A DNA stretch of 62,954 nt, filler included, from Asterionella formosa (taxonomy: Eukaryota), in assembly GCA_002256025.1 (NCBI GenBank). It is 6 parts of 6 records of this genome, joined end to end, with 100 filler letters (N's around TTAATTAATTAA, not from the genome) between each part and the next. Parts side by side here need not be neighbours in the genome. Positions count along the whole stretch, not along the records: positions 42,086 to 52,477 come from NKIB01009551.1; positions 52,578 to 62,954 come from NKIB01009560.1; 4 more parts are not named here. One strand, 5' to 3'. Of the stretch, positions 47,501-59,336 are shown in pieces. Each line of letters opens with the position of its first letter. Position 1 is the stretch's first letter. The notes below the pieces were generated by a model, which was not told where the DNA came from, searched no databases, and saw only the letters and a program-made list of their open reading frames with translations. The position numbers and the translations under genes are program-made.

Positions 47501-49695
47501 TTCTACTGATTTTGTCGACATTGGTGGGAAACCACTTATTAAAAAAAGTGTGAGCAATGGAAGAAAGTTCAGTTTCAAATGGTCTTACTGATCAATGGAC
47601 TGATGATCTACTCGTTTATTATAAGGAAATCTACACTGGACTTTCACAAAAGAATCGATCTGAATATGGAAGGAATCCTAGTGGAATTGCTACTCCCACC
47701 GCAAATATCATCTACCCACACTCATACTTCTCATTTCCCAACGTAAGTGAAGAGGATATACATCAATATGTTGAATCACTTGAACCAAATGTTCCTGAGA
47801 AGACTATTGATTATAATGACCGCATTAATCAACGGGACATTGATGACGACATTGATTTTGAATGGATCTAATAGAATCCAATGCATACTTAGTAGTTACA
47901 TAATAATTATAGTTAGTGTGAGACTTCTACAATGCAAGCCATATCATAGATGATAGGAAAACATTGATTCTGCTCTATGCTACTATTACTATTAGTGCCG
48001 CCTGTACTACATGTAGCGGTATACCTCCATTTTCACTACTATGGTGGAGTGATAATTTCACGACTCTGTATTTTCCAGCACAGCATGTTCGAAGTGGTGC
48101 TCAATTTATTATTTTAAATTAATTCATTTTCATTCTATCCTGTTCATATCCTGACTTGGTCATCATTTGCAATTTGCAATGTCTTTGCGCACATTGCAAT
48201 GGTGTTATCTGTGTAACTACAAATTTCGGAAGAAGAAATCCCCATCTGAGTCTCACAATCGAAATTGTAGCAACCGTGTTCTTTATGCATATGGTCATTG
48301 CCGACATTGCATGCAGGAACATCGAGTTCCTGGAATACATAGTGAAACTATGTATTGCGGTAGTGCAAATAATCATTCAAGGAAAGAAGTTAATGATGGC
48401 AGTGTAACTGCTGCAGCATTTAGGGAGATTAGACAAGAAGAGATTAATTTGTCCTATCCTTGAATCAAGTGACCACAATCATCCACTTCATGACGACAGC
48501 GACGATTCAGTTTATAACAATATTCAGTCACAACAGGACGAACAATTGAGACTAAAAACTCTCCAAGGGTTGAATTCAGAAACCATGCAATATTCAGATT
48601 TTCAAGATCACACCGGCTTTCTCCCTGAAAATGCAATGGAAATGCCCCTTCCTCCTCAATTTCAACTTCCGAGTAAACATTCTCTGAACATGCGCGCATC
48701 CAATCGAATGAGAACTCATGTTATTCTTCAACGAGAATTATCTTCCACCAGTTTACTTTGATCATCTAATGAAATGGCTGTTCAAGGCAAAAGCAATGAA
48801 ATATTTTGATGGAAGGTATCAAGCTCGCTCCATCCTACCAGACTTTGAAAAAACGCATGGATATTTCATTTCCACCAACATTAGCTGGTGTTCAACTGTT
48901 GACCAAACAAATAAAGATTGATATCAATTCAAATATGATCATCCCACGCACACTCCATTATTTCGAACCAGTACAGCTCATGGCAGGATTGCTATGCACG
49001 TGATTCCGATATCATGCAACATTTTGTATGTCACCCACAAGTGAAACTTACAACTTGTGGAGAACTCATGCATATATGACGAAGTAACTTCTGCGACTTG
49101 GTTTGAAAATGCATTCAACAATTCTCCTGCATCAGAAAATGGAGTGTTGAAGACAGGGTGTTTATTTGTTGCCCTAGCAGTTTTCAGTGATGATGGTTCA
49201 CCTATTGATAAACAAATGAAACATTCCGAGCATCCGTTTTTGCTGACAATGTTAAACTTAACGTTAGAAGGAAGAAAAAAGTTGATGGATGGCAATTAGT
49301 ATCTCTTTTGCCAGACATTGAAGTCAGTGATCTGGAGAAACAAATGAACAATAAGTTATCTGGTGACGACTTGTCCTTATGTAGACTAAAATTATATCAT
49401 TCTGTTACAGGATTTCTATTGTCGCCTTTCGAAGAGCGATCCAAACAAGTCATACAATATTTGGGTTCATGGTTTTGGTATGACAAAAGTTTATTTCCAA
49501 ATTTGAATGATCATTGGTGATACAGAAGAACACAATATATTTTGTGGCTTCAGGGGTGGTAATGAATTATATCGACGATATGTTTGTCGTGATTGCCTGG
49601 TTTCAACTGAGGATGCTGATAATCCTGATATTGGATGTGAACGTCATAAAGTGTCAGATGTTAAAATGTTTTTAAACAAGTTTCTTGACAAAAAT
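44530..49695 (+). mobile_element. Rearranged second copy of the Plavaka-like element (inverted arm, split ORF1, 5' half of transposase at 48160-49695)
   Basis: Piecewise homology to 26625-28680 (inverted), 16203-16540 (direct), 14780-16160 (inverted) and 21084-22790 (direct). Confidence 0.85.
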
Positions 49696-49699
49696 TGAT

Positions 49700-50770
49700 G
49701 GTTGGCCAGCCACCAAATCGAAAAGGAGCTATTGAATCACTGAAAGGGGACAAGTCATTCCGTATTTTTAATCCCAGCAATTGATCATCCTGGCATTTGC
49801 TCTTGACAAACCATGATGCTATGCACAGCTTGTTGATTCCGCCCTTTCTCCATCATATTCACTCATTCTTAGCCGCATGGTGTATCATCGTGCTGTATTG
49901 TCACTTCAGTTTTTCGCATCATGTGTTGCTTGAGATCCTTCATTTCAGGAAGTGGAGGCATGACAAGGAACATGAAAGGCATTTGCTCTTGACTTGTTAC
50001 CATCAATTGACTCCGCCCTTCTCTTCTAAGCCGCAAGTATCGCTCATTGTGCTGTATTATCACTTTCGTTTTCCGCGTCATCATGTGTGATGATCCTTCA
50101 TTTCAGGAGCAAAGTGTATACATGACAAGGAACATGAAAACATGATTTCAAATGTTTCAGCCATGAATACATATGTATAAAGATTTGTAAGAATTTTAAA
50201 TGTATGTATAGTTGAGCATCTGCATAGTTTTAAGCACGCTCATTATACGGCACATCCTGTGTATACTAATATCAATTTTGATCATACATAATTCAAATAT
50301 ATACAATGCATGATGAGTTCGTTCATAGTTTTCCACGACTTGTTGAATTTTTTCAATTTTTTGTGTGTCAATTCTTGTACCTACAAGTCAGTGGCTGATT
50401 CAATTAAGCCCCTTAATAAACGGGAGTCATCACCAATTTTTCAAATGGTCGAAATCATACATTTATGTATATAGACATATTGACCAAAATTCATATGGCC
50501 TACCGGTAGTACTTTATACTTGCTGGGAATTACTTCTATCATGGAAATACCACAATAGTGCAGTGGAAAACTGAATATGCTCATGTGTTCTTTAGGATCA
50601 TTTGATCATATTTTTAAGATCAATTAATCCTGGCTGATTCTTGAAAATAAATTTTGATCTTTCAATTTCTCATCGACAACACCATTTGTCATATGATCAA
50701 TATGTTATGATCAAAGGTATAGGATAAACAAATCAAAATTTATTGATAAAAAATCATAGTTTTTTCCAGA
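49700..50770 (+). repeat. Repeat family 'D', copy 2, with an internal ~185-bp duplication (49792-50140)
   Basis: Homologous to 350-930 and to the reverse complement of 57690-58310. Confidence 0.75.
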
Positions 50771-51149
50771 GTAGTTGCTCATGCATGCAACCCCTTCCCC
50801 CATGTATACAGTATGGAAGTGATAGCTCCCAAGCTACCAAATTTTTATGTCTTGTAAGAAATATTGCAGCATGCATGAATACATGACTCCTACTGGTATA
50901 TACAATGCGGAAATGATGACCACCAGACTACCAATCCTATAGGTCCTGTAGAATTATCGCAACATGGCTGCATATCTAGCTAATGGATGGGCGGGAGGAG
51001 TCATCGTATGAAATATGGAAATGATCAAATATATTTTATAAAAGGAGCAGTCCATCATATATGCCCAGTTATTGAAATCCCTTGATCTGTTCTGCGCTTT
51101 TTCGCCACAATTGTTTTCATTGGCTGTTTCACTGGACAGCATTCGAATT

Positions 51150-52400
51150 GATTCTGCTTCGAACGAAGCAATGATCAAAGTCCACCCCATTGCAGAAGGG
51201 TGATTCTCACAAATAAGTATCAGCCAGTCGATTAAAATTTGACTGTCTTTTGTGCACCCTTGTTGTGTTTGTACTTGACTTGGCAACTGTCAGCCAAGAG
51301 CAGCCATGGTATGCCACCATTTATTGTCTATACAAGTTTCGAATGCATTCAGCTATGATAACTTTTGCTCCCCCTTCCTAAACACTATCTCACCACCCTT
51401 GTCATAGATTTTTCTTTATCCTTTGGCTTCACAGGCCCAGGTTACTCAATGCCTTCATCTGCAAGGAGTTCAGCCAAGCAGGCCCACGTTGGCGTCAATA
51501 AAACCTCAACCCCGATTTTCCTCACATGATCCACCCATTGACTCCTTCATTGATGAAGTCGAGGTAGCTATATTGACGACATCAGGTGTTGCAGGCTTGT
51601 GTATAGATTGATGATGCCGAAAGCATTGATTCCTTTTCCAGTAGGTACCTATTTGTCAACATTGTTTGGGTCAATCCATCCTTGTTCCCGCAAGACAAGC
51701 AATAATCCCTTTAATTCCACTCCCAACATTCCTTTCTCTTTCACAATTGTTCTGATGTTTGCAGAGAATTTTTAGTTCCCTTTTGATTTTTCCACTAGTT
51801 TCGATCCCTTTTGCATTCAAGTCAAGAAAACAAGCAAATCATTAAGATTTCTGGAGGTTTTGGTCAGTGGCACCATAAAGCAACAATCAACAGATCATGA
51901 CGGCTGTTCTCCATTTTCTGTAGCAAGTGACATTCAAGAAGGGTCTGGGATCATTGGGGAGAAAAATTAGTAGGATTCTCTGTGTTTGCCCCCACCCGTT
52001 TGACAGGAGCCATTCTACCATTGCTTCCTCTTACCAATCAATGCATACTAGCTAGTATAGCTAATGAAAACTGTAATTAGATGAAATGTGACTTCCGGTT
52101 TCTAATTTTTACATTGTTGCACTACTGAAACTTGAATCCATAAATGGGCATTCAACTTGTCCTTGCTTCTTGCATTTTTGCAGTATAGACTGGCTGGTGT
52201 TCGATAGGACAAAGAGTCTCGCTTGTTTTCATGAACATCTACAAAGTACTAGTGCTTTTGTCGAGGTTTGTGTCTAAATCCAACTTCTGCCATCCATTGA
52301 AATATTCCAGATACATCAAAGAATACGCTCCTGTCTTCAAAGGTAAGGATCTAGTACAATGACAAAGGAAATCTAATGAGACATGAAAATTACGAAACCA
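51150..52400 (-). pseudogene. Highly decayed IS630-Tc1-mariner-like transposase, C-terminal half
   Basis: Across frames: KGLLLVLREQGWID, SLQHLM..DFINE, KIGVEVLLTP...ELLADEGIE, CIRNLYRQ.MVAY and HPSAM/DFD, matching KG..QVL.ERG, TPK.H.ELAGEGIEY and HR.A.DFD of diatom ITm-like transposases as I recall them. Confidence 0.6.
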
Positions 52401-53914
52401 GAATCACTCTGTTACTATAAATAGACAGTGGTCTCATGCTTCTTTGTGCATATCGCCTGCTATGCTGCGTTTCAATTNNNNNNNNNNNNNNNNNNNNNNN
52501 NNNNNNNNNNNNNNNNNNNNNTTAATTAATTAANNNNNNNNNNNNNNNNNNNNNNNNNNNNNNNNNNNNNNNNNNNNGGTTGAAGTGGTAGAATGAAGGG
52601 GATGCCCAATGGTGGTAGGAGTTGGTACCCGGTACCTGGCATCAGCGTACCAGGTACTATGTACCGATACTGATAAGAATTGCTATAGCAATAAACCCGC
52701 AACCGGTATGTGGGTTTGTGATGCTGAAGAGGAACACGACCGAAATCATTCATATCGATATGTACATCGTGAAATGCGAACATAATTTTATGATACATAG
52801 ATATAACGGGAATGAATATACCGGCAAGTTGCGGTAGTTGTCCTGAAGCTAAATAGTTAGCTTTCTTTATCCAGGATTAAATTATTTATTTAAGTAAAAT
52901 GACCTTCAACTTGCGTATACCGGTATTTACTACAATACTCCTACTAAATATTACCAACAGTAAGTATCATAAGGTCGTCTGCAGAGGAATGATATACCTC
53001 TATGCATATACCGGTATATTAAACGATTTATCACTTGTGTTTCGAGCAAAGGAGAACAAATGAATCTACGGTTTTTAGTGGTATGTATGTCTACCGCTAC
53101 CAGGGTACAGTATGATCATTTTTCCACCATTCATAGTAAATGACTTGTACTGGGTGCCTGATACTGAAACCGGTCATACTACGCTGTACAACCATTCAAA
53201 AAGAGTAAGATAGTACACAACCGGTATTGCCGGTAAATGTAATTTGTGTACATCTGGCGCAACATCGCCAAATTTTTATATGCTCACAAGAAGAAACCCA
53301 CATCAAGGTGGTTCCTGCATTAACCCCTAGCCCGAACGACACAGGGTTAAAAACATAACATTGATTCAGACTAATCAAACAACCTACTTTTCAAATGCAC
53401 AATACAATTCATTCTCCTGCACCCCCAATGTTCACTGCCATGACTGAATTTGACTGATTTTACGTAAGGGGGGAGGCCAGGACAATGAAGAGATTTATAT
53501 TATATTAGACCTATGTAAATTTCATCGGTTCTACAGGATGGTGCCCATTTTTCTAATTAGTAATAATATGATCATTATCTCTATAAAGTGAAAAATGAGA
53601 AAGTTCTTCAGCTTGCAAGAAAAACGCGACTTCTTATTGCTAATAGCAATCTCAATTTTCGTTGTCATTATTACTAGTGTTGTTACTTTACTTCTTTTAT
53701 GATTGTATTTTCTATGTTGTGCTTAAGGTTCCTGCATTTGATCCCCTAGCTCGAGGTACTAGGGTTACAAAATATTGAGTCAGACTAATCAAACAAATAT
53801 TTATCACCTCTAAAATAAATATGTAAAACGCTCAACAGAGCGTTCACCATTAGACACGCACCTTTCCACATACAGTCTTCAGACAAAGTAGGGGTGTAGA
53901 CTAGTAGGTCCTCC

Positions 53915-54950
53915 CTATACATTCTCAGGATATAGGATCTGGCGAGAAACTGCAGAAAGGAACTTCGGTTTTTTACTATGCTAAAAAGATTAGAAAATTA
54001 GGGGGAAATCTGTTTATTTGTTATGGTTTAAAAAAACCGAAGTTCCTTTCTGCAGTTTCTTGCCAGAAGATATGTACTGATGCTATTTGTAGGTTGTTAC
54101 TATCTATGTATTGAAATCGCCTTCAGACCCAGTCGACGTTGAGCTATCATCGTCAAAAAATCCGACAAAATCTGCCTTTTCTACAGTCTCTAAAACAACG
54201 GAATCAGAATCATTAAACGCGGAAACGTCATCATCGGAATGATAGTCTTTCATCATAGCACGTAGCAAAGTGTCGTTCTCAACTTTTGCGGAGATAATTT
54301 ATATTTTTGTCATGGTCAAGGTTCGACAACATGATGAAGGATTCTCTGGCTGCTTACAACCACTAGCTACCTGTCTACTCTAGTGTTGAATATGTACAAA
54401 GGAATCGCAACATCATAGCTAAATAATTATATACCAGTTTCTACGAGGACCAGCAGAATTATAGCACGTTACTTTGACTATGTCTAGAAAATTATTGGGT
54501 GTTTGGTGCCACCTGGAAAAAATCTGCAGGGGGGGGGGTCAGCAATCTAGAGGGGCAGGACCATGGATTATATGATATATATATATATGTATATATATAT
54601 TGCTACTTGGAGCTTTCACAATTTGACACCCTTTCCATATGCTTAGATACAGTCATTGGTCAAAGTATGGGTTTAGGACAACTCTTTGATATATTCTCTG
54701 GAAATAGGATCTGGTGAGAAAGTGCAGAAAGGAACTTCGGTTTTTTACTGTGCTAAAAGAAGACTTTGAAAATTTGGGGGAAATCGGTTTACTATTTGCA
54801 ATAATTTAAAAACAGAAGTTCCTTTCTGCACTTGTTTCTCACCGAAAATTGCTTCTGTGGCTATATGAAGTTTACCTATGTATTTAATTATTATTCAAAA
54901 CCAGACAAAATTGAGCAATCATCTTTCAAAAATTCGAAAAAACTGCTTAA
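53915..54950. repeat. Two copies (53915-54180 and 54690-54950) of a ~260-bp unit containing a ~38-bp-arm inverted repeat
   Basis: Arms tctggcgagaaactgcagaaaggaacttcggtttttta (53938) and taaaaaaaccgaagttcctttctgcagtttcttgccaga (54029-54067); second copy at 54710-54844. Confidence 0.88.
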
Positions 54951-54954
54951 TGAA

Positions 54955-55375
54955 GATAGACAAAAACGAAATCCACCCAACAGCATCATTTAATTGAGTT
55001 AGACTTTTGACGATGTCCACGCATCCAATTCAGATCGAGAAAAACCGTTTCCATCCCACCGTACCTAGTACATAGTATACAACACACACAAGCAGATGAA
55101 AGAACCACAAGAATTTACAAGAAACTCATGGAGATAGACCAAAATGAACGAAATCCACCCACCAGCATTATCAAATTGAGCATCAAATTCAGAAAGACTT
55201 TTGACGATGTCCACCTATCCAAATCAGATCCAAACAGACCGTTTCCGTCCCACAATACCTACACGTAATGGCATTACATACTGTACAAGAAAAAGATGAG
55301 AGAACCACAAGAACTGACAAGAAACTCATGGAGCTAGAGCAAATGACCGAAATCCATCCAAAGCATCATTTGCTC
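54955..55375. repeat. Tandem repeat, ~180-200-bp unit x2.3
   Basis: cgaaatccaccca.cagcat...agacttttgacgatgtccac...agaaccacaagaa.t.acaagaaactcatggag repeated. Confidence 0.85.
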
Positions 55376-55894
55376 AGTTGAGGAATGATCGGACAAATTT
55401 TAGGAAAGACACAACGAAAGAAAACGAAGAAAAATCCAGGTTTCGACCCACCTGCAAGATAAGTGTTATTTATGGACCTGGCTATGAACACTGATGGCAA
55501 AACTTATTTTACAAGACTTTTGCATTAGGGAGTGACCACCCCAAAACTCTCCATCGACCCGCAATACTTTTCTGGGCCATATGGCGCAATGAATACAAAT
55601 CCTGTAGTTAGGCTAGTACTAATGATAGGCAAAATATTAACAAGCGCGACGAAATGTATTGTTTTCATTTTGTTCCTGTATTTAAGTTTCCTCATACGAT
55701 GATGTACCAGCGAAAGTATTTTGTTGCTTTTGTCATCATTATCATCATCACTCGCTCTTTTTTCGCTCCACCTTCAACACTAAAACAACGATCACAGTTT
55801 GAATGATTGTATTGTTCCTCAAGCATTTTTGATGTCATGTTTTTTTCATTTTCGTGTTTGTAAGCATTCTGTGTTGATGATTCCAACAAGAACT

Positions 55895-56530
55895 AATGTG
55901 ACAACCGAATGGGGCTGCAGACCACGCATTCTAGTACTGTAGCAAACACAAGCAGTTGGTGATCCAGTCAATAATCGACAAAATGATTTAATTGTTTTTC
56001 CAATAAAATCTTACATTGTTCATCATGACTTTGAGGTTATTGTATTCCCATTATAATGACACAGTTTATTGAGTGTGTTAATGGTTCCCTCAAGACAATT
56101 GAAGGACGGTGCCGTGCATGCATATCAAACACAGTTGGTTGTTATCTCGCCAACAATGGACACAACATTGATCACGGATACAAGTCAATCAATTCTCATT
56201 ATCATACCACAGTATATTAGTAAATGAATGTCTTGAGTGTTTGTATACTTTCCATGATGGTCTTTTAAGAATTGACCTGACAACCGAACGGTGCTACCAT
56301 GCATAGTACATATCAAAAACCACAGTTTGTTGTTATCTCGCCATCAATGAAGACAACATTGATAAGGGATACAACATCAATCAATTCTCATTATCATGCC
56401 ACAGTATATTGAATTACACCTGACAACCAAAGGATCATGCCTTGCACCATTTTATACAGTGCAGTTGGTTGCTATCCAGCTAACAAGCAATCGATGCAAC
56501 ATTGAACATCGATACAAATCAATAAATTAA
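55895..56530. repeat. Degenerate tandem repeat, 140-190-bp unit x4
   Basis: gacaa...cagtt.gttgttatctcgcca.caatg.a.acaacattgat...tcaatcaattctcattatcat.ccacagtatatt recurs. Confidence 0.8.
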
Positions 56531-56784
56531 AAACTACATTTATTGAATAACATTGTATTCCTAACAACCTTTAACATATTCGTATCGAGTTTTTAATTGT
56601 TGCTGTTATCGCTTTACTGATGTTTGTTGTCATCTGTTGGTGTTATGCATATTGAAGTCCTCCATATCGACGTTGGCTTTGTGATGGAGCGACTTGGTTT
56701 TGACGTGTTGCTGGCTTGCCGTGCTGGTGGAGTAACAATGCAAAAGGCCTCGTGAGTAGAACTGTTTAGACGACTCTATAAGGA

Positions 56785-57680
56785 GGTGATGGAGGGGTGT
56801 ACGCAATAACACAGTCACGAAGAAACAAACTAGAATTGGTATCTATAGTTGATGCAGGAGGGAACGCAATAACATGGTCACGTGGAAACAACCTAGTATT
56901 GGTAAGTATAGGTGATGGAGGGTACGCAATAACAACATCATATAGAAACAACCTAGCATTGGTATCTATAGGTGATAGAGGGAACACAATAACATGGTCA
57001 CATAGAAGCTACTTAGCATTGGTATCTATAGGTGATGGAGGGAACGCAATAACACGGTCACATAGAAAGAACCTAGAATTGGTATCAATAACAGACAGAG
57101 GGTACGCAATAATGGCGTCTGTCACGTAGAAGCAACCTTGCATCAGTATCTATAGGAGGTGATGGAGGGTATGCAATAACATCATCACATAGAAACAACC
57201 TACTAGCAGTGGTATCTATAGGTGATGGAGGGAACGCAATAACATGGTCACATAGAAGCTAGTACTTAGAATTGGTGTCTATACTAGGTGATGGAGGGAA
57301 CGCCATAACACGGTCACATAGAAAGAACCTAGCATTGGTATCAATAACGGACAGAGGGTAGTACGCAATAATGGCGTCTGTCAAGTAGAATCAACCTAGC
57401 ATCCGTATCTATAGGTGTTGGAGGGTAGTACCACGCAATAACACGGTCACATAGAAACTACCTAGCATTGGTATCTATAGGTGATGGAGGGAACGCAATA
57501 ACATGGTCACATAGAAGCTACTTAGCATTGGTATCTATGGGTGATGGAGGGAACGCAATAACATGGTCACACAGAAAGAACCTAGCATTGGTATCTATAA
57601 CAGACAGAGGGTACGCAATAATGGCGTCTGTCACGTAGAAGCAACCCAGCATTAGTATCTAGAACAGATGGAAGGTGGTA
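56785..57680. repeat. 60-bp minisatellite, ~14 units, with 4-unit higher-order periodicity
   Basis: Consensus gtgatggagggaacgcaataacatggtcacatagaaacaacctagcattggtatctatag; a diagnostic variant occurs every fourth unit. Confidence 0.95.
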
Positions 57681-57689
57681 TCCTATTCA

Positions 57690-58440
57690 TTCGATAAAAG
57701 CATAGTTTTGATCATATGATAAACAATGTCATTGATATGAGAAAATGAATGATCAAAATTAATTTTGAGAAGGAGGAGGATAAAATGATATTAAAAATAA
57801 GATCAAAAGAACTAAATATTGTTATCGGTTATCTAATTTTACTGGCTATCATTTCTAACCCAAAAGAATGACATGTAATTGATAAAGTTTAATTTGTATA
57901 TCTTATAGGTTTGATCAAAGTATATTGATCATATGATAACAAACAGTGTCATTGATATGTGAAAATAAATGATAAAATTTATTATATGATTTGTACCATA
58001 TGAAAAATGCAGCATGACTCCCTCTAATTGAAGGGCTTAATTAAGTCACTGACTTGTTGGTACAAACATTGATACTGAAATTTTTTCAAAAACAGTACAT
58101 CAGGTCGTGGAAAACAATGATTTCTTAGTGCATTCTATATATTTGAATTATGTGTAAGCTTAACTGATGATTTAATATACGCATTATTTGCGATATAAAG
58201 AGGGTCGTTGAACTATGCAAGTTTTCAACTGTATATATGTTTATACATTTACAAATTTTTATAAATGTGTACATGGCCAATACATTTGAAATCATGTTTA
58301 ACGGTTCCTTGCCATGCACACCGGTATACTTATGCGATATTCGAGTGACACATTATTTTACAGAATATTGATTTCTGGTAAATGAAAGAATGTAAAATGG
58401 AACTGCCATGTTGAGGTTTTCAGAAAACATGGCTAACTAC
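57690..58440 (-). repeat. Repeat family 'D', copy 3
   Basis: The reverse complement matches 80-200, 625-930 and 50120-50770. Confidence 0.8.
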
Positions 58441-59336
58441 AAAGTTAAGATAGATATATGATGAAATGATGTACATCACAGGATAATATTTTGATAATTA
58501 TGTGGTGTGCTGTGTTAGTATAACCAAGTATGCTTGAACTCATCTTTTACTTATAGTGTGCATTTATCATACATAAAGCGGAATAAATATCATGTGGCGA
58601 AAATTTCTGTGCCAGTTAGCATACAATACCTGTGATCTTATGCTCTTTGGACGCAATGTTGTGCCTGGGGGCATCAGTGGGTCTCACCAAGTTGTCATTG
58701 TGCTGGATGACTTTACAGGTAGAGATGAGACTGCTATTGCAGTCATTTCGTTAGGAGACAATGGAGTTTTTGCAGGGATGGCAAGGCTTGTTGCTGTGTT
58801 ATATTAATTGGTAGGCAATTAATTGCAAATAATTAAAAATACATGGGAGGTATGCTGAAAGTGTAGGAGTTACTGAAAAACTCTTTGGATGTTGCCATTC
58901 AGTGAAAGAGTGAACATGGATTTGGAGGAGCAAGTATTTCCTTCCTTGATGCACATCATAGTCAAAAAGGAATGACATGATGTGGATATTATTGATTTGG
59001 ACAGTGTTGAGAAATTCCAGTCAGCTAGAAGTGTAAAATGGATAATAAACACAAACAAAAGGAAAAAGTCATAGAAAAATAATCCAGTATATTAATCTAG
59101 GTAAATTATTCTAGTAGTATTTATAAATATATATATAATTTTCATTAAAATATATTCAATACTTGTTGAGAGTGTTCAATTGTCATCTTCAATCATTTTT
59201 CATACATTTACAATACTTTCTTATGTCCAATGTTGATAGAATTCTTAAAACATGGATTACCGGTATGTACATTATACAATGATGTATAAGACAAATTCAT
59301 GTACGAAAAATTATACCAACTTCACATGGTATTCAA

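Noticed and set aside
56797..57129. 20-aa repeat protein encoded by the satellite
   Set aside because: A by-product of the 60-bp unit; the 64-bp D unit and stop codons break the frame.
56785..57680. CRISPR-like array
   Set aside because: The variable parts are homologous to each other and periodic rather than unique spacers; no cas genes; eukaryotic context.
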